Part shown: positions 25,098 to 38,600 of the stretch, piece by piece | How positions within the stretch are numbered: position 1 is the first letter of the stretch | Layout: each line of letters starts with the position of its first letter | NCBI RefSeq assembly: GCF_016433145.1 | Contig: NC_058134.1 | Coordinates: 310,151,774 to 310,215,773, forward strand | Length of the DNA stretch: 64,000 bases | Origin: Gracilinanus agilis | Lineage: Eukaryota | Reading direction: 5' to 3' | The notes under the pieces: model-generated | Seen by the model: only the letters and a program-made list of their open reading frames with translations | What the model was told of the DNA's origin: nothing | Database searches by the model: none | Position numbers and translations under genes: made by a program

Positions 25098-26743
25098 TTG
25101 GGTTTTTTTTAATGTTTATTTTTTTATTTTTTTAGAAAAAATTTTTCCATGGTTACATGATTCATGTTCTTGCTCTCCCTCCCCCCCCCAGTAGCCAACA
25201 CGCATTTCCACTGGTTTCTTCATGTGTTATCCATCAAGACCTATTTCCATATTATTGATAATTGTCTACATCCTAATCATGTCCGCATCAACCCATGTGT
25301 TCAAGCAGTTGTTTTTCTTCTGTTTTTCCACTCCTGTAGTTCTTCCTCTGAATGTGGGTAGCGTCTTTACCATACATCCCTCAGAGCTGTCCTGTGTCAT
25401 TGCATTGCTGCTGGTACAGAAGTCCATTACATTCTATTTTACCACAGTATATCAGTCTCTGTGTACAATGTTCTTCTGGCTCTGCTCCTTTCACTCTGCA
25501 TCAATTCCTGGAGGTCTTTCCAGTTCACATGGAATTCCTCCAGTTTATTATTCCTTTGAGCACAATAGTATTCCATCACCAGCATTAATTTACTTATTTA
25601 GTGCCATACCTATTCAAACTACCAAGAAACTTTTTTTTACAGAATTAGATAAAACTATAACAAAGTTCATTTGGAAGAACAAAAGATCAAGAATATCAAG
25701 GGAAATAATGAAAAAAAAATACATGAAGGTGGCCTAGCAGTACCAGATATTAAGCTATACTACAAAGCAGTGGTCATCAAAACATTGGCAAAGAGACAGA
25801 AGGGAGGATCAGTGGAAAAGACTTGGGGTAAGTGACGTCAACAAGACAGTCTATGATAAACCCAAAGAGCCCAACTTTTGGGACAAAAATCCACTATTTG
25901 AAAAAAATTGCTGGGAAAATTAGAAAAACAATATGGGAGAGATTAGGTTTAGATTAACATCTCACACCCTACACCAAGATAAATTCAGAATGGGTGAATG
26001 ACTTGAATATAAAGAAGGAAACTATAAGAAAATTAGGTGAACACAGAATAGTATACCTGTCAGAACTCTGGGAAAGGAAAAAATTTAAAGCCAAGGAAGA
26101 GTTAGAAAAAATTACAAAATGTAAAATAAGTAATTTTGGTTACATTAAATTAAAAAGGTCTTGTACAAACAAAAACAATGCAATTAAAATCAGAAGGGAA
26201 ACAGCAAACTGGGAAAAAATCGTTATAACAAAAAACTCTGACAAAGGTCTAATTATTCAAATATACAAGGAGCTAAATCAATAAATGAGCAAGGGACATG
26301 AATAGGCAATTTTCAGATAAAGAAATCAAAACTATCAATAAGCACATGAGAAAGTGTTCTAAATGTCTAATAATTAGAGAAATGCAAATCAAAACAACGC
26401 TGAGGTATCACCTCACACCTAGCAGATTGGCTAAAATGAAAGAATGCTGGAGGGGATGTGGCCAAATTGGGACATTAATGCATTGCTGGTGGAGTTGTGA
26501 ATTGATCCAACCATTCTGGCTGGCAATTTGGAACTATGCTCAAAGAGTGCTAAAAGAATGCCTGCCCTTTGATCCAGCCATACCATTGCTGGGTTTGTAC
26601 CCCAAAGAGATCATAGATAAAAAGACTTGTACAAAAATATTTATAGCTGCGCTCTTTGTGGTGGCAAAACACTGGAAAAGGAGGGGATGCCCTTCAGTTG
26701 GGGAATGGCTGAACAAATTGTGGTATATGCTGGTGGTGGAATA
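25098..26743 (-). mobile_element. 5'-inverted (twin-primed) L1
   Basis: 3' end in minus orientation at 25098-25585 and inverted ORF2 piece in plus orientation at 25586-26743; 16-bp TSD CAATGGGCAGAATTTG. Confidence 0.95.
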
Positions 26744-28028
26744 CAATGGGCAGAATTTGAACCTGGATCTCTGTTCAACTCAAAGGCCTATTCTCTTTCC
26801 ACTTAAGGCAGGGTGCCCCTTTTTTATTCATCAGCTTAAAGATCTTGCCTTCACCTCCAAACTTGGGATGTGTTCTATATTCCAGCCAAATTTGGAATCC
26901 CCCCCACTCATCTGCTTCCATGTGTTTGCTAACTCCCTTCCTGAGGTCTGGAAAGGCCTCCCCCTTAGTCCCTCCTTCCCACCTTCAGCACCTAACTTAG
27001 AAGCCACCTCCAACAGGAACCTTCCTGACCCCGATTCCCATCACCAAGGGAAAATGATCTTCCCCAGGCCAGGCCCCTAGACTCTGACATGTCAACTCAG
27101 TAACAGAGGAGGAAACTGGGGCCAGGGGAGGTGTGAAGCTACTTAGCCAAGGGTCACCCAGTAAATGGCTCAAGGCCAAAGGGAATGTAAGCACTGCCCT
27201 TGGCCACCTTTCCCCCATTGGCCTGAGGGTAGGGTCTGTGCAGGGTGGGCAATGAGATGATGGTGCCCAGCCGAAACCTCTGGCTTCTACAACATGACAA
27301 GGAGACCAGCCAACCCGTCCAAGCCATGGCAGTTTATTCTATAAATGCTGGGAACAAGAATTCTCCCTTGTTGGGAAGGGCTCCTTGCTCTTTACAAAGC
27401 ACCAGCATTTTGTCCAAATTTGGTACACACAGTTATTAGAGAAGGTTCCTGCATCCTCCAAGCCTGAAGCTATTGTCTTCCCAGGATCTGCCCTCATTTC
27501 CACCTGGGTGCAGGAAGCAGAGGGGAGTCAGGGAACACCCAGCCGTTCTGTGAACTTGGGAAGGGCCAGGGAGCTGCTAGCTATTTTTGCTCTTAACACA
27601 GCACCCGGCAGGCATCAAGACAGAGGCTCTGTCTCTCAATCAGCCCTTGTTGGACTTGAACCCTGCTGAAATGGCAAGAATGAAGTCCCCAAACTTCTTC
27701 TCCTCAAAAGTGGAATCTACTTCCTTTTGGTTATTGCCAGCCTTTCATCTTGCCCCCCAAGGAGAAGCCAAGGAGCCCACTGGAGGGCCCAATTCTCCTT
27801 AGGGGCCTTCTAAAGTAGCTCTTAGGACAGATCTTGGGACAAGGGAAAATGAGCCCAAGATCTGGAAACCTGGCCTCCCAGGCACTGCTCTGGACTGGGG
27901 GAAGATTCATGAATGAGAACAGCAGTGCTTTGAGATCAGGCACACTGTAAAGGGCCCACACCTCTTCTCCCCAGAAACCAAGAAGGAAGAAATCATGTGT
28001 GCTCCATCCCATTAGAAACAAACATCAA

Positions 28029-28231
28029 GGGGGCAGCTGGGTTGCTCAGTGGATTGAGAGCCAGGCCTAGAGCGGGAGGTCCTAGGTTCAAATCTGGCCT
28101 CAGACACTTCCCAGCTGTGTGACCCTGGGCAAGTCACTTGACCCCCCTTGCCTACCCTTACCACTCTTCCACCTATAAGTCAATACACAGAAGTTAAGGG
28201 TTTAAAATTTAAAAAAAGAAAAAAGAAAAAA
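28029..28231 (+). mobile_element. Young SINE1_Mdo-like element
   Basis: Perfect 15-bp TSD AGAAACAAACATCAA at 28014-28028 and 28232-28246. Confidence 0.95.
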
Positions 28232-28246
28232 AGAAACAAACATCAA

Positions 28247-30602
28247 GCCTTTGACAAAATACAGCATCCATTCCTATTGAAAACATTGAAAAGTATAGGA
28301 ATAGAAGGACCCTTCCTAAAAATAATAAACAGTATATACCTAAAACCATCAACAAGCATTATATGCAATGGGGATAAATTAGAAGCCTTCCCAATAAGAT
28401 CAGGAGTAAAACAAGGATGCCCATTATCACCTCTATTATTCAACATAGTACTAGAAACACTAGCAATAGCAATTAGAGAAGAAAGAGAAATCGAAGGTAT
28501 CAAAATAGGCAATGAGGAGACTAAGCTATCACTCTTTGCAGATGAAATGATGGTCTACTTAAAATATCCTAGAGAATCAACTAAGAAGCTGGTAGAAATA
28601 ATCAACAACTTTAGCAAAGTTGCAGGATACAAAATAAATGCACATAAATCATCAACATTTCTATATATTTCCAACACATCAGAGTAGCAAGAGGTAGAAA
28701 GAGAAACACCATTTAAAATCACCCTAGACAATATAAAATACTTGGGAATCTATCTACCAAAACAAACACAGCAATTATACGAAAACAACTACAAAACACT
28801 TTCCAAACAAATAAAACTGGATCTCAACAATTGGAAAGCCATTGATTGCTCATGGGCAGGACGAGCTAACATAATAAAAATGAATTTAGTGCCATACCTA
28901 TCAAACTACCAAAAAACTTCTTTACTGAATTAGGAAAAACTATAACAAAGTTCATTTGGAATAACAAAAGATCAAGAATATCAAGGGAAATAATGAAAAA
29001 AAATGTGAAGGAAGGGGGCCTAGCAGTACCAGATATTAAACTGTACTATAAAGCAGCAGTCATCAAAACAATATGGTACTGGCTAAGAGACAGAAGGGAG
29101 GATCAGTGGAATAGACTCGGGGTTAATGACATCAGCAAGAGTGTGTATGATAAACCCAAAGAGTCCAACTTTTGGGACATGAATCCACTATTTGACAAAA
29201 ACTGCTGGGAAATTTGGAAAACAATATGGGAGAGATTAGGTTTAGATCAACATCTCACACCTTACACCAAGATAAATTCAGAATGGGTGAACGACTTGAA
29301 TATAAAGAGGGAAACTATAAGTAAGTTAAGTGAACACAGAATAGTATACTTATCAGATCTTTGGGAAAGGAAAGACTTTAAAACCAAGCAAGAGTTTGAG
29401 AAAATTACAAAATGTAAATTAAATGGTTTTGATTATATTAAACTAAAAAGCTTTTGTACAAACAAAAACAATGTAGTCAAAATCAGAAGGGAAACAACAA
29501 ATTGGGAAAAAATCTTTATAATGAAAAACTCTGACAGGGGTCTAATTACTCAAATATACAAGGAGTTAAAGCAATTGTATAAAAAATCAAGCCATTCCCC
29601 AATTGATAAATGGGCAAGAGACATGAATAGGCAATTTTCAGGTAAAGAAATCAAAAGTATCAATAAGCACATGAGAAAGTGTTCTAAATCTCTAATAATT
29701 AGAGAAATGCAAATCAAAACAACTCTGAGGTATCACCTCACACCTAGCAGATTGGCTAAAATGAAAGAAGGGGAGAATAATGAATGTTGGAGGGGATGTG
29801 GCAAAATTGGGACATTAATGCATTGCTGGTGGAGGTGTGAACTGACCCAACCATTCTGGCTGGCAATTTGGAATCATGCTCAAAGGGCTATAAAAGAATG
29901 CCTGCCCTTTGATCCAGCCATACCATTGTTGGGTTTGTACCCCAAAGAGATCATAGATAAACAGACTTGCACAAAAACATTTATAGCTGTGCTTTTTGTG
30001 GTGGCAAAAAACTGGAAAGTGAGGGGATGCTCCTTGATTGGGGAATGGCTGAACAAACTGTGGTATATGCGGGTGACGGAATACTATTGTGCTCAAAGGA
30101 ATAATGAACTGGAGGAATTCCATGTGAACTGGAAAGACCTCCAGGAAGTGATGCAGAGCGAAAGGAGCAGAGCCAGAAGAACATTGTACACAGAGACTGA
30201 TACACTGTGGTAAAATTGAATGTAATGGACTTCTGTACCAGCAGCAATGCAATGACACAGGACAATTCTGAGGGATTTATGGTAAAGACGCTGCCCACAT
30301 TCAGAGGAAGGACTGCAGGAGAGGAAACATAGAAGAAAAACAACTGCTTGAACGCATGGGCTGAGGCAGACATGATTGAGGGTGTGGACTCGAAACTACC
30401 ACACCAATGCAACTACCAACAATTTGGAAATAGGTCTTGATCAAGGACACATGATAAAACCAGTGGAAATGTGCATTGGCCATGGGTGGGGGGAGTGCGG
30501 GGGGTGAAGGGGGAAGTAGGAGCATGAATCATGTAACCATGTTAAAAATGAATATTAATAAATGATTAAAAAAATATGACACAAGGAAAAAAGGTAAAAA
30601 AA
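28247..30602 (+). mobile_element. 5'-truncated L1 with an uninterrupted 406-codon ORF2 C-terminal frame
   Basis: RT motifs [13 protein letters not shown] and LFADEM; ORF 28993-30213; 3' UTR and A-tail; TSD copies at 28232-28246 and 30603-30617. Confidence 0.97.
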
Positions 30603-32197
30603 AGAAACAAGCATCAATAAAAGTTGCCACAGGCGACCTTGAGACAACTCTTCACTGCTAGTGTGTCTATTTGCTTCCTTAGTCCTCAGTTAGGAAAGAA
30701 GATAGCAGCCAAACACCCAAACACCCACCCATTGGAGGTTCCTTCCTGCCACTGCCTGAGCTGTGGGGTTCACACCGCTGGCCGGAGGGCGAAGGTTAGC
30801 AAAGCTGGAGAGCTTTGGAGGGGCCGGGCAGCCTCGCTGTCCAGCTCAAATATCCAGGACCACCCACAAGCCCCTAAATGCACTTGGAGAGCCTGAATGC
30901 TGCTGGCTTCTAGGGAAGCACCCCAGAGTCTGCTGAAAGGCCTAGAATGAGGCGCCTGAAGACTTGAAAGCTTTTTGAGGGGAGGAGGAGGGAAGTAACA
31001 AATGCAGAGGAGCATTCTGCCAGAGGCTGGTTTCATAGCTGGAAAGGAGACTCCTTGTCACTGTGTGTTCTTTTGCAGAGGCCAATGTTTGTCTCTAGGA
31101 CCCCAAGTGAAAGCAGCCCCAACTTTCCACTTGCCTGTCTCGTCTTCTCTGTTTCCAGTGGGGGATGATTGGTGGGCCAGAGTTGGGCCCAGGCTAGGGA
31201 GAGCGAGCGAGTGTGTGCGCCCAGGGTGGTACAAGACATTTCGGCTCCTCTGCGGGGAGGTGGCTCTATCCTCCTGGTGGACACCTGCTCCAGCTGCCCG
31301 GCCACGGGGGCCCCATTACAGGGGCGAGGGGAAGGGCAGCCCGGATCTCACTGGAAACGCCCTGCCTTAGTAACATCACCCTTGCCTCCTGTTGGAGCGA
31401 GCGCCCGTCAGCCTGCCCTTGGCTTCCTCCATACCGCTCTCCGCTTTTCCCGATCAGACAGGCAGGCTTCCAGCACTCAAGCTCACGTCTCCCATGTTTC
31501 CTAAATACTCCCCAGCCCTTTCACTGGCACTTTGGGAAGCTCAGGCTTTGGTTTCAGACACTGACTCTTAACCCTTTAGGGATCCTCCCTCCCAAACACC
31601 AAGGCCAATCCTCTATCGCCTGCAGCCAGCTGGCCAGCGGAGCCAGACCACTAGGGACAGTTGATGTCCAGGCCAGGCCAGCGGCAGCAAATAGGGGGGA
31701 GAGACAGCAGGTCCCCCTTCCTCAAGAGCACCCAGTGGGCCTGGAGAAGGAGGTGAAGGGAGAGGTGGGCTGGGCTGGGCACATCACTGGCTTGATCATG
31801 CCCAGAGCACAGGGGCTGCTTGACCAAGGAACTGGATTAGCTCTAGGAAGAAGGGAAGTGAGGGAGGGTAGAAGCATAATGGACTCACGGTCATCAGCCT
31901 GTCAACCCAAGTCATGGAAATGGCAGCCCCTTTCAAGTGGCCAACCAAGGGCTTCCGGCCCTCCACTGAACACCTGGGGCACGCCAGAGAGGAAGGAGAA
32001 GCTGAGAGCCTTGTGGCTGGTCTCCAGGTCAAGGCTTGGTGGCTGCTAGGGCAGAGGGGCTCAGGAGATGAATGCTCAAACCAACCACTACCACACATGG
32101 AAGTCTTAACCCTGGACTGCCTGCCTGTAAGCCAGGACTCAAAGGGCTTGATGGGGAGGGCTGGAGCTGGCCATCTTTTTTCTGCTTTTTAAAACGA

Positions 32198-32203
32198 TTT
32201 ATT
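32198..32203 (-). terminator. XPNPEP3: Probable proximal XPNPEP3 polyadenylation signal AATAAA
   Basis: AATAAA about 330 nt downstream of the stop. Confidence 0.6.
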
Positions 32204-32529
32204 AATTAAAGCCAAGGAGAGAGGTGCACCTCCCTACCCTTTATATCAAAAACTTGCACTTGCCCACGACACTGAACGTGTGTATACAGGTCCTCCTTTG
32301 TCAAGAGCTGTGGTCACTAAGAGCCAGAGAGTTCCCTCCTCGGGCTTCCCAAGAATAGAGACAATGTCCGGCTGAGACCTTGTCCCCAACTCCTGAGCAA
32401 GGAAGTCTGTCACCTGTATATATGCGGATGTGTACACGCGTGTCCACCCCGAGACAAGCATATACGAGGCCGTATACATGGAGGACCCTGGAGGTGGGTG
32501 TGCATGGATATGGGGCTCAGGGTTGTGGG

Positions 32530-32696
32530 TCAGGAGCCCCGGTTGCAGATCTGCTCAATATGGCGCAGCTCTTTAGGGCAATCTGCAGACAGGATGAGTG
32601 GCGAGTCCTGGGTCACCAGCACGTCATCCTCAATGCGCACGCCGAGGCCTCGGAACCTCTCACAGGCATCACAGTCATCCTCGGGAACATAGATGC
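32530..32696 (-). CDS. XPNPEP3: XPNPEP3 exon 10 coding part (IYVPEDD...[10 protein letters not shown]...ICNRGS*)
   Basis: Acceptor CTGTTCCTAG|GC; TGA at 32532-32530; 167 nt. Confidence 0.97.
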
Positions 32697-35600
32697 CTAG
32701 GAACAGAAGAATAGGAGAAGAAAAGACAGGGCAACTTGGCTTTCCTTTTCATAAAAAATCCTCACTTTCTATCTTAGAATCAATACTGTGAACTGGTTCC
32801 AAGGCAGAAGAGCCACAAGGGCTCGGCAATAGGGGTTAAGTGACTTGCCCAGGGTCACCCAGCTAAGAAGTGTCTGAAGCCAAATTTGAACCCAGGTGCT
32901 TCTAACTTCAGGCTTGGCTCTCTATCCACTGAGCTACTTAGCTGTCCCCGGGACAGCTTTTCAAAGTGACTGGCTAGCAGAAATCCAAGCTACTTATGGC
33001 CATGGGGGAAAAAAGCTCCGAGTCACTAAAAAAAGAGAAAAGTACCTCCCAGGGCCTATCAGATTGGCATATTAATGCACTGCTGGGGAAGCTGCGAGGT
33101 AAATGGGCCGGCTATTCTGGAAAGCAATTTACAAGTAGGTCCCCAAAGTCACTAAAACATGAATCCCCTCGGGCCCAGCCATACTGCTGCTAGCCTGCAC
33201 CAAGGAAACTAGAGAAGACCATCGTATCAATGAACAGAAACCAAGGGAAGCCCCATCCAATGGGGCACGGCGGGACAAATGATGGGAGACAGACTGCTGT
33301 GCTGGGAGAAAGCGATGGGCTCGGTAAGAAGACTGGCACGAAGCGATGCAAAGTGAAGCAAAAAGACTAGGCGGCGAGTTCATATTCTAATGTCAGTCTG
33401 TAAAAGGAACAATTCGGAAGGGCTCATGCACGCAACCAGCTCCATGAGGTCTCCCGACTAAAGCTGCTACCCGCCTCCAGCCAGAGGTGACGGACTCCAC
33501 TGAAACCTATCTTTGGCCATGGCTGACAGACATGGAAACTGTTTGGCTGGACTGTCTCCCTCCTTTTCTTTTTCTTTTCTTTTCTTTTCTTTATTTTTTT
33601 AAACCCTCACCTTCCGTCTTGGAGTCAATACTGTGTATTTGTGTATTGGCTCCAAGGCAGAAGAGTGGTAAGGGTAGGCAATGGGGGTCAAGTGACTTGC
33701 CCAGGGTCACCCAGCTGGGAAGTGTCTGAGGCCGGATTTGAACCTAGGACCTCCCGTCTCTAGGCCTGGCACTCTATTCACTGAGCTACCCAGTTGCCCC
33801 CTTCCCTCCTTTTCTTGAAAACCCTTCCACCTTCTGAAACAGGCTGTGCTACTGCTTGTCCCAAGGCTTTGCTTTTCTCTTCTTTTTCCATTGGGGAGGA
33901 GAGAGGAGAAGGGAGAAAAAACAGAAAAGCCTGAGAATGAAAAATCCTCCCTCCTGCCAGGCGTGCAGCCACCTTCCCTGGAGAACAAACACTGCTCTGG
34001 TCCCAGATTGGGCGGGTTCCTCCTGTCCGGGAGGACGATGTGAAAGCTGTGGCCTGCCATGTTCCTGCTGGCGGGGAACCAGAAGGTGCCCAGGGAAAGA
34101 CAGTCCACAATCCTACCACAATCTTGCATCTCTCTTCTCAACTAACCAGTCCACCAGCTGACCAGGGACCCTTGTGATGATGTTGCCGAGAAAAGGATCT
34201 GGGTACAAGGCTGCCTCACCAGTGTTATAATAAAAGACCCCTCGATACTCCTCTCCCTACTAGATGTAGATGTAGATGAAGTATAGAGAGAGGATGGGAT
34301 GCCCAGGCAGGATCCTTCAGGTCAATGGATGACATCCCTTCAGGACCCACCTGGGGTTAATTGATATTATTTAATGGGCTCTTTAGCTGGTAACGTTGGA
34401 ATCTGATTTCGACTCTCCCTTCCCAAAGAAGCTTTGAATAACCACTTCAGGAAGGTACTTTAAAACTGTGAATATATTTGGCAAAGAAGGATAATGGTGT
34501 GGGACAGAGGTATTGGGAGACCCCAGTTAAAATGCTAATGATGAATCTCTAAACTGCAGGCAAGTGAATGAATCAAGATGATTAGCTTCTCTCTGGTACA
34601 GCCTGGCCAGGGCCACACCAGAGCACGCAAACTGCTGTAAGATCTTTCAGCTTCTTCTTCACTAGATGATATGCCTAACCAGTTTGAGATATCCACCCTT
34701 TGTCCACCCTCTTCTTCTTCTCCTGCCCACTTCCCGGATCCCTCCCGGGCCCTGGGAAACTAGATGACTAAGATGATGGATTTCCTACTATCTAGGGGCA
34801 GGAGAATCAGAGATGGAGGTCTGGGTACAGGTTGTTGATGGTACAGGAACAAACAGGAGGAGCTTGCAGGGTTGAGTTTGCAAGTCTCAATCCCACAAAG
34901 ACCAAGATCCACTGATCTCAAGTCTCAGGGACAAGAACCAAGCCCCTCTGCCAGGGCTACCAGGGTGGTTTTATACTCCCCCCCCACCCCCCTGGCCAAC
35001 TGCCCTCTCCTGTCCGCACGCCTCTCTGGGAACATTCCGACATCCAACTGATCCACCTGTCAATCACAGTGTGAACTCCTGGCCCCCAGATAACACCAGG
35101 CATAAAGAACTTCCTCTCCCAAAGAATATTTCAATGGGTTAGACTTTGTGAGAAATGAGACAGAGGGGCAGAGACTCTAGCATAGATCTGGAATCCAACA
35201 AGCCAAAGCTCTGTGCTCCACTACGCCACAGAGGAGGCAAGCCGAGGAAAACCTGCTGTGGGACACACTTTGGAAATTTGCCCTTCTGTGGCCTCAAGGG
35301 ATTCAGTGGGACGATCAGGGCATCCGTCTGGAAGCCCCTTGTATCCACAACACCCATGGGGCACAGCAAAGGCCAGGCACTGTGGCAGGAGCTCAGCTTT
35401 GGCAATGCCACAAATGGGATTGGACCAAAGTGGTCCAAGGCTAAAAGGGCAGCCAGCATAAGGCCAGTTCCACTGGGCTCAAAAGCCTTTCCAGCTCCAA
35501 ACTCTGAGTTCATAACTGACACATTTGGAAACTAAGACAGGCAGCTGGAGGTGAATGTCAATGGTCTGGGAGCTGGAGGCAGCATTCTGCAGCCACCATC

Positions 35601-38600
35601 GAGGCCTGGATTCCTTCCCAACATCACAGCAGCAGCTAGATCAGGTGGCACATTAGAGAGTCACACCTTTCTCTGAGAAAGGAGGGAGAGAGACAGAGAG
35701 GGAGGGAGGGAGAGAAGAAGAAGAAGAGAGGGGGAGAGAGAGACAGAGAGAGGAGAAGAGAGAAGAGAGAGGAGAGGGAGAGGGAGAGCAGTGAGTGTAG
35801 CAGGGTGCCCTGAGGAAGTGTAGCATCTGAGAATCTGAGGACAGGTCCAACAAGCCATCGCCTGAACGGCTCTGAACCTGAGAAGAGGCTGGGCTGCCCA
35901 AAAGCATGACCTCTCAGGTGAGGGTTCCCTAATAGCATTTTCTGAAATTTCCATCAAATGGAAAATTTTAATGAGCGGTTCAGGTTAATATCAGGGAAAG
36001 AGAAGTATTAAATAATCCTCCAAGTCCATCACAATAAAAGGCTGCTTAGGTGATGCAGTGGATAGAGTACTGGACCCAGAGTCAGGAAGACCCAAATTCA
36101 AATCCAACTTCAAATCCTTGCTGTGTCACCTTGGGCAAGTCACTTTATCCTGTCCCACAATAAAGGAAGAATTTATGGATCACCGCTGTTGAAGAGTGAA
36201 GAAGTCAACCAAAAAAAATCATATTATGTTAATAAAATAATACAAGAGTAATGCAGTCTGGTCTGTCGTGGCCAGGACAGGCCCCTTTCTTCAGCTGGTT
36301 GGCACAGTGGATAGAGCGCTAGGCCTAGAGCCAGTTAGACTGAGTTTAAACCTGGCCTCAGACACTTCTCTGGGCAAGTCACTTAACCTTTACCTGCCTT
36401 GGTTTCCTCAACTATAAAAATAGCATTTACCACTTAGAATTGTTGAGAGGGCCAAGCAATATATTTTGTTTTCTTTTTTTTTTTTTAATTTTTTAAACCC
36501 TTGTACTTCGGTGTATTGTTTCATAGGTGGAAGAGTGGTAAGGGTGGGCAATGGGGGTCAAGTGACTTGTCCTGGGTCAAGTCTGAGGCTAGTTTTGAAC
36601 CCAAATCTTTCCATCTCTAGACTTGGTTCTCAATCCACTGAGCCATCTAGCTGCCCCTGTATAAGGCTCTTAAGAAATGTTTATCAATTGATGGACTGTT
36701 TGGAAAGGGACCATCTGATTTTATAATAGGACTAAGGTCACCAGGTAGCAGGAAGCCTTTAAGGAGATACTCTGATCTAGCCCACTTGGTCAGTCCTTGA
36801 CCCCAAACATAAGGGAGATGAGGACAGTCGTATAACCTCTACTACACTGCATTGAAGGGGCAATATGGGAATCTCCCCATCCCAATAGAAGGGCTCCCTG
36901 GAGCTTTCCGAAATGCCTCCCACTGTCCCAGAGCATCCAAAGATCAGTCTAGGGCCATTTTGGTCAGGATGGCTCCCCTCTGCCTCAATCCATCATCAGA
37001 GAGCGAGCTCTGGATCTGAGGCTGTGGAGCAGCCAAAGACCACATGACCACTTAGGGAGACGAGTTGGAAAGTGCTCAGTCGCTTCCAAGATGCAGTACT
37101 GAATGGTGGTGGCCTGACAGTGCAGGTCAGCCTGCAGGGTGGCAGGTGGCCAAAGGGCTTCCAGGCCAGAGATGATTTCATCCTCATCCCAGTTTGGCCA
37201 AAGTGCTGCTACAGAGTGGGCCAAGCAAGGGCAAGTGGGGGCTTCCTTGGTAAACAGCCTGGTGAGAATGAAAGAATCCACTCCTGAAATCTGGTGAGAT
37301 AAGAAGCAGCAGCAGCAGCAGATGGACAGCCAGAAGGATGAAGATCCTAGTAGAGTGGGCCAGGAGAGAACTGGGGCCATCAGGCTAAATCCCCCCAGGT
37401 CCACCCCCAGGATGTTGCCCCATGAAATCCCCCTAAGGTGCCATGGGCTCCCTGCCTCCCTCCACTAGAATTCAGAAAAATGTGTGGAAACTAGAGCCCT
37501 GTGCATGACAGCTGAGCCAGCCCTCTTCTGGATGTCTGGGGCTGTGAAACAGACTTTAATCATTCCTTGTGGGGGGGGTCAAGGTGTTAACTCACCAGGG
37601 GGTGGTAGCTCTAGGTGGGAGAACAAGAGGCCCAGTACACAGACAAGGAATATGACTGCGTGGGGTTAACTCCTGGTCAGATAGATTGCTGCAGACTTTG
37701 TCCCTGGCTCCATGGGTCCCAATGGGGAGTCCTGAGTGCTGGGTATTAGGCAACCCCAAGAACAAACAAGACCAAGGGATGAGCACCAGTTATTCCCCCT
37801 CTGAGCCATCTCTGCAAACATCCTTGCTCTTTGGAGGTATCAAGAATGAGGTCCAGGGGGCAACTAGGTAACTCAATGGATTGAGAACCAGGTCTGGGGT
37901 TCAAATCTGGCCTCAGACACTTCCTAGCTGGGTGACTCTGGGCAAGTCACTTGACCCCCATTGCCTACCCTTACCACTCTTCTGCCTTGGAGCCAATACA
38001 CAGTAGTGATTCTAAGATGGAAGGTGAGGGTTTAAAAAAAAAGAGCCCTAGACAACATGGAATGATGACTTCCAGTTTCTGATCTTGGGGCTTCCTCGCT
38101 ACTGCCATTGAATGTCTCCAGCACCCTTCCTTAGGTTTGTTTTGGATTTTTGTCTCGAACACCCCTGTTGCTCTGTTTTTTCTGCTCATGGGAGGTCTAA
38201 CCCGGCTAAGAAGCAGGGAAAGGTCTTCAGGGGCTGACCCTCCTCTAGAGTTTCAGGCAAGGGGTGGGAAGATGTGGCCATACAGAGGGAGAAGAGGGGC
38301 AGCTGAACGGAAAGGCCCTCTGGCCAATTAGAAATGGCCCCAATGCCATCGACCACCTCAGTGCCTCATTTAACCAATTTGTTAAGGGAAGATGGCAGTA
38401 GGGACCGGGTGCTGCTCACCCTGAATCAGTATTCTTAAAAAAGGCCCCAGTGCCCTTTGCCCTCCTCAGGATAGAAGAAGGGGAACCCTAAGTACTCCCA
38501 ACACTCAGACCTGTCCTGCCCTTTAGGTCAGGTCTGGATTTGCTGGAGCCAAGACCCACACTGCATTGCTTTCCCTCTCTGAGACCAGCTGAGAAGGTGG

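Noticed and set aside
35155-35535. Plus ORF containing CCGTHFGNL, similar to the AlaX/AARSD1 CCGTH motif
   Set aside because: Only five residues match; the flanks show no resemblance
36985-37404. 139-aa minus ORF with an internal acceptor-like site in XPNPEP3 intron 9
   Set aside because: No recognisable homology, no matching donor identified, and no support beyond ORF length
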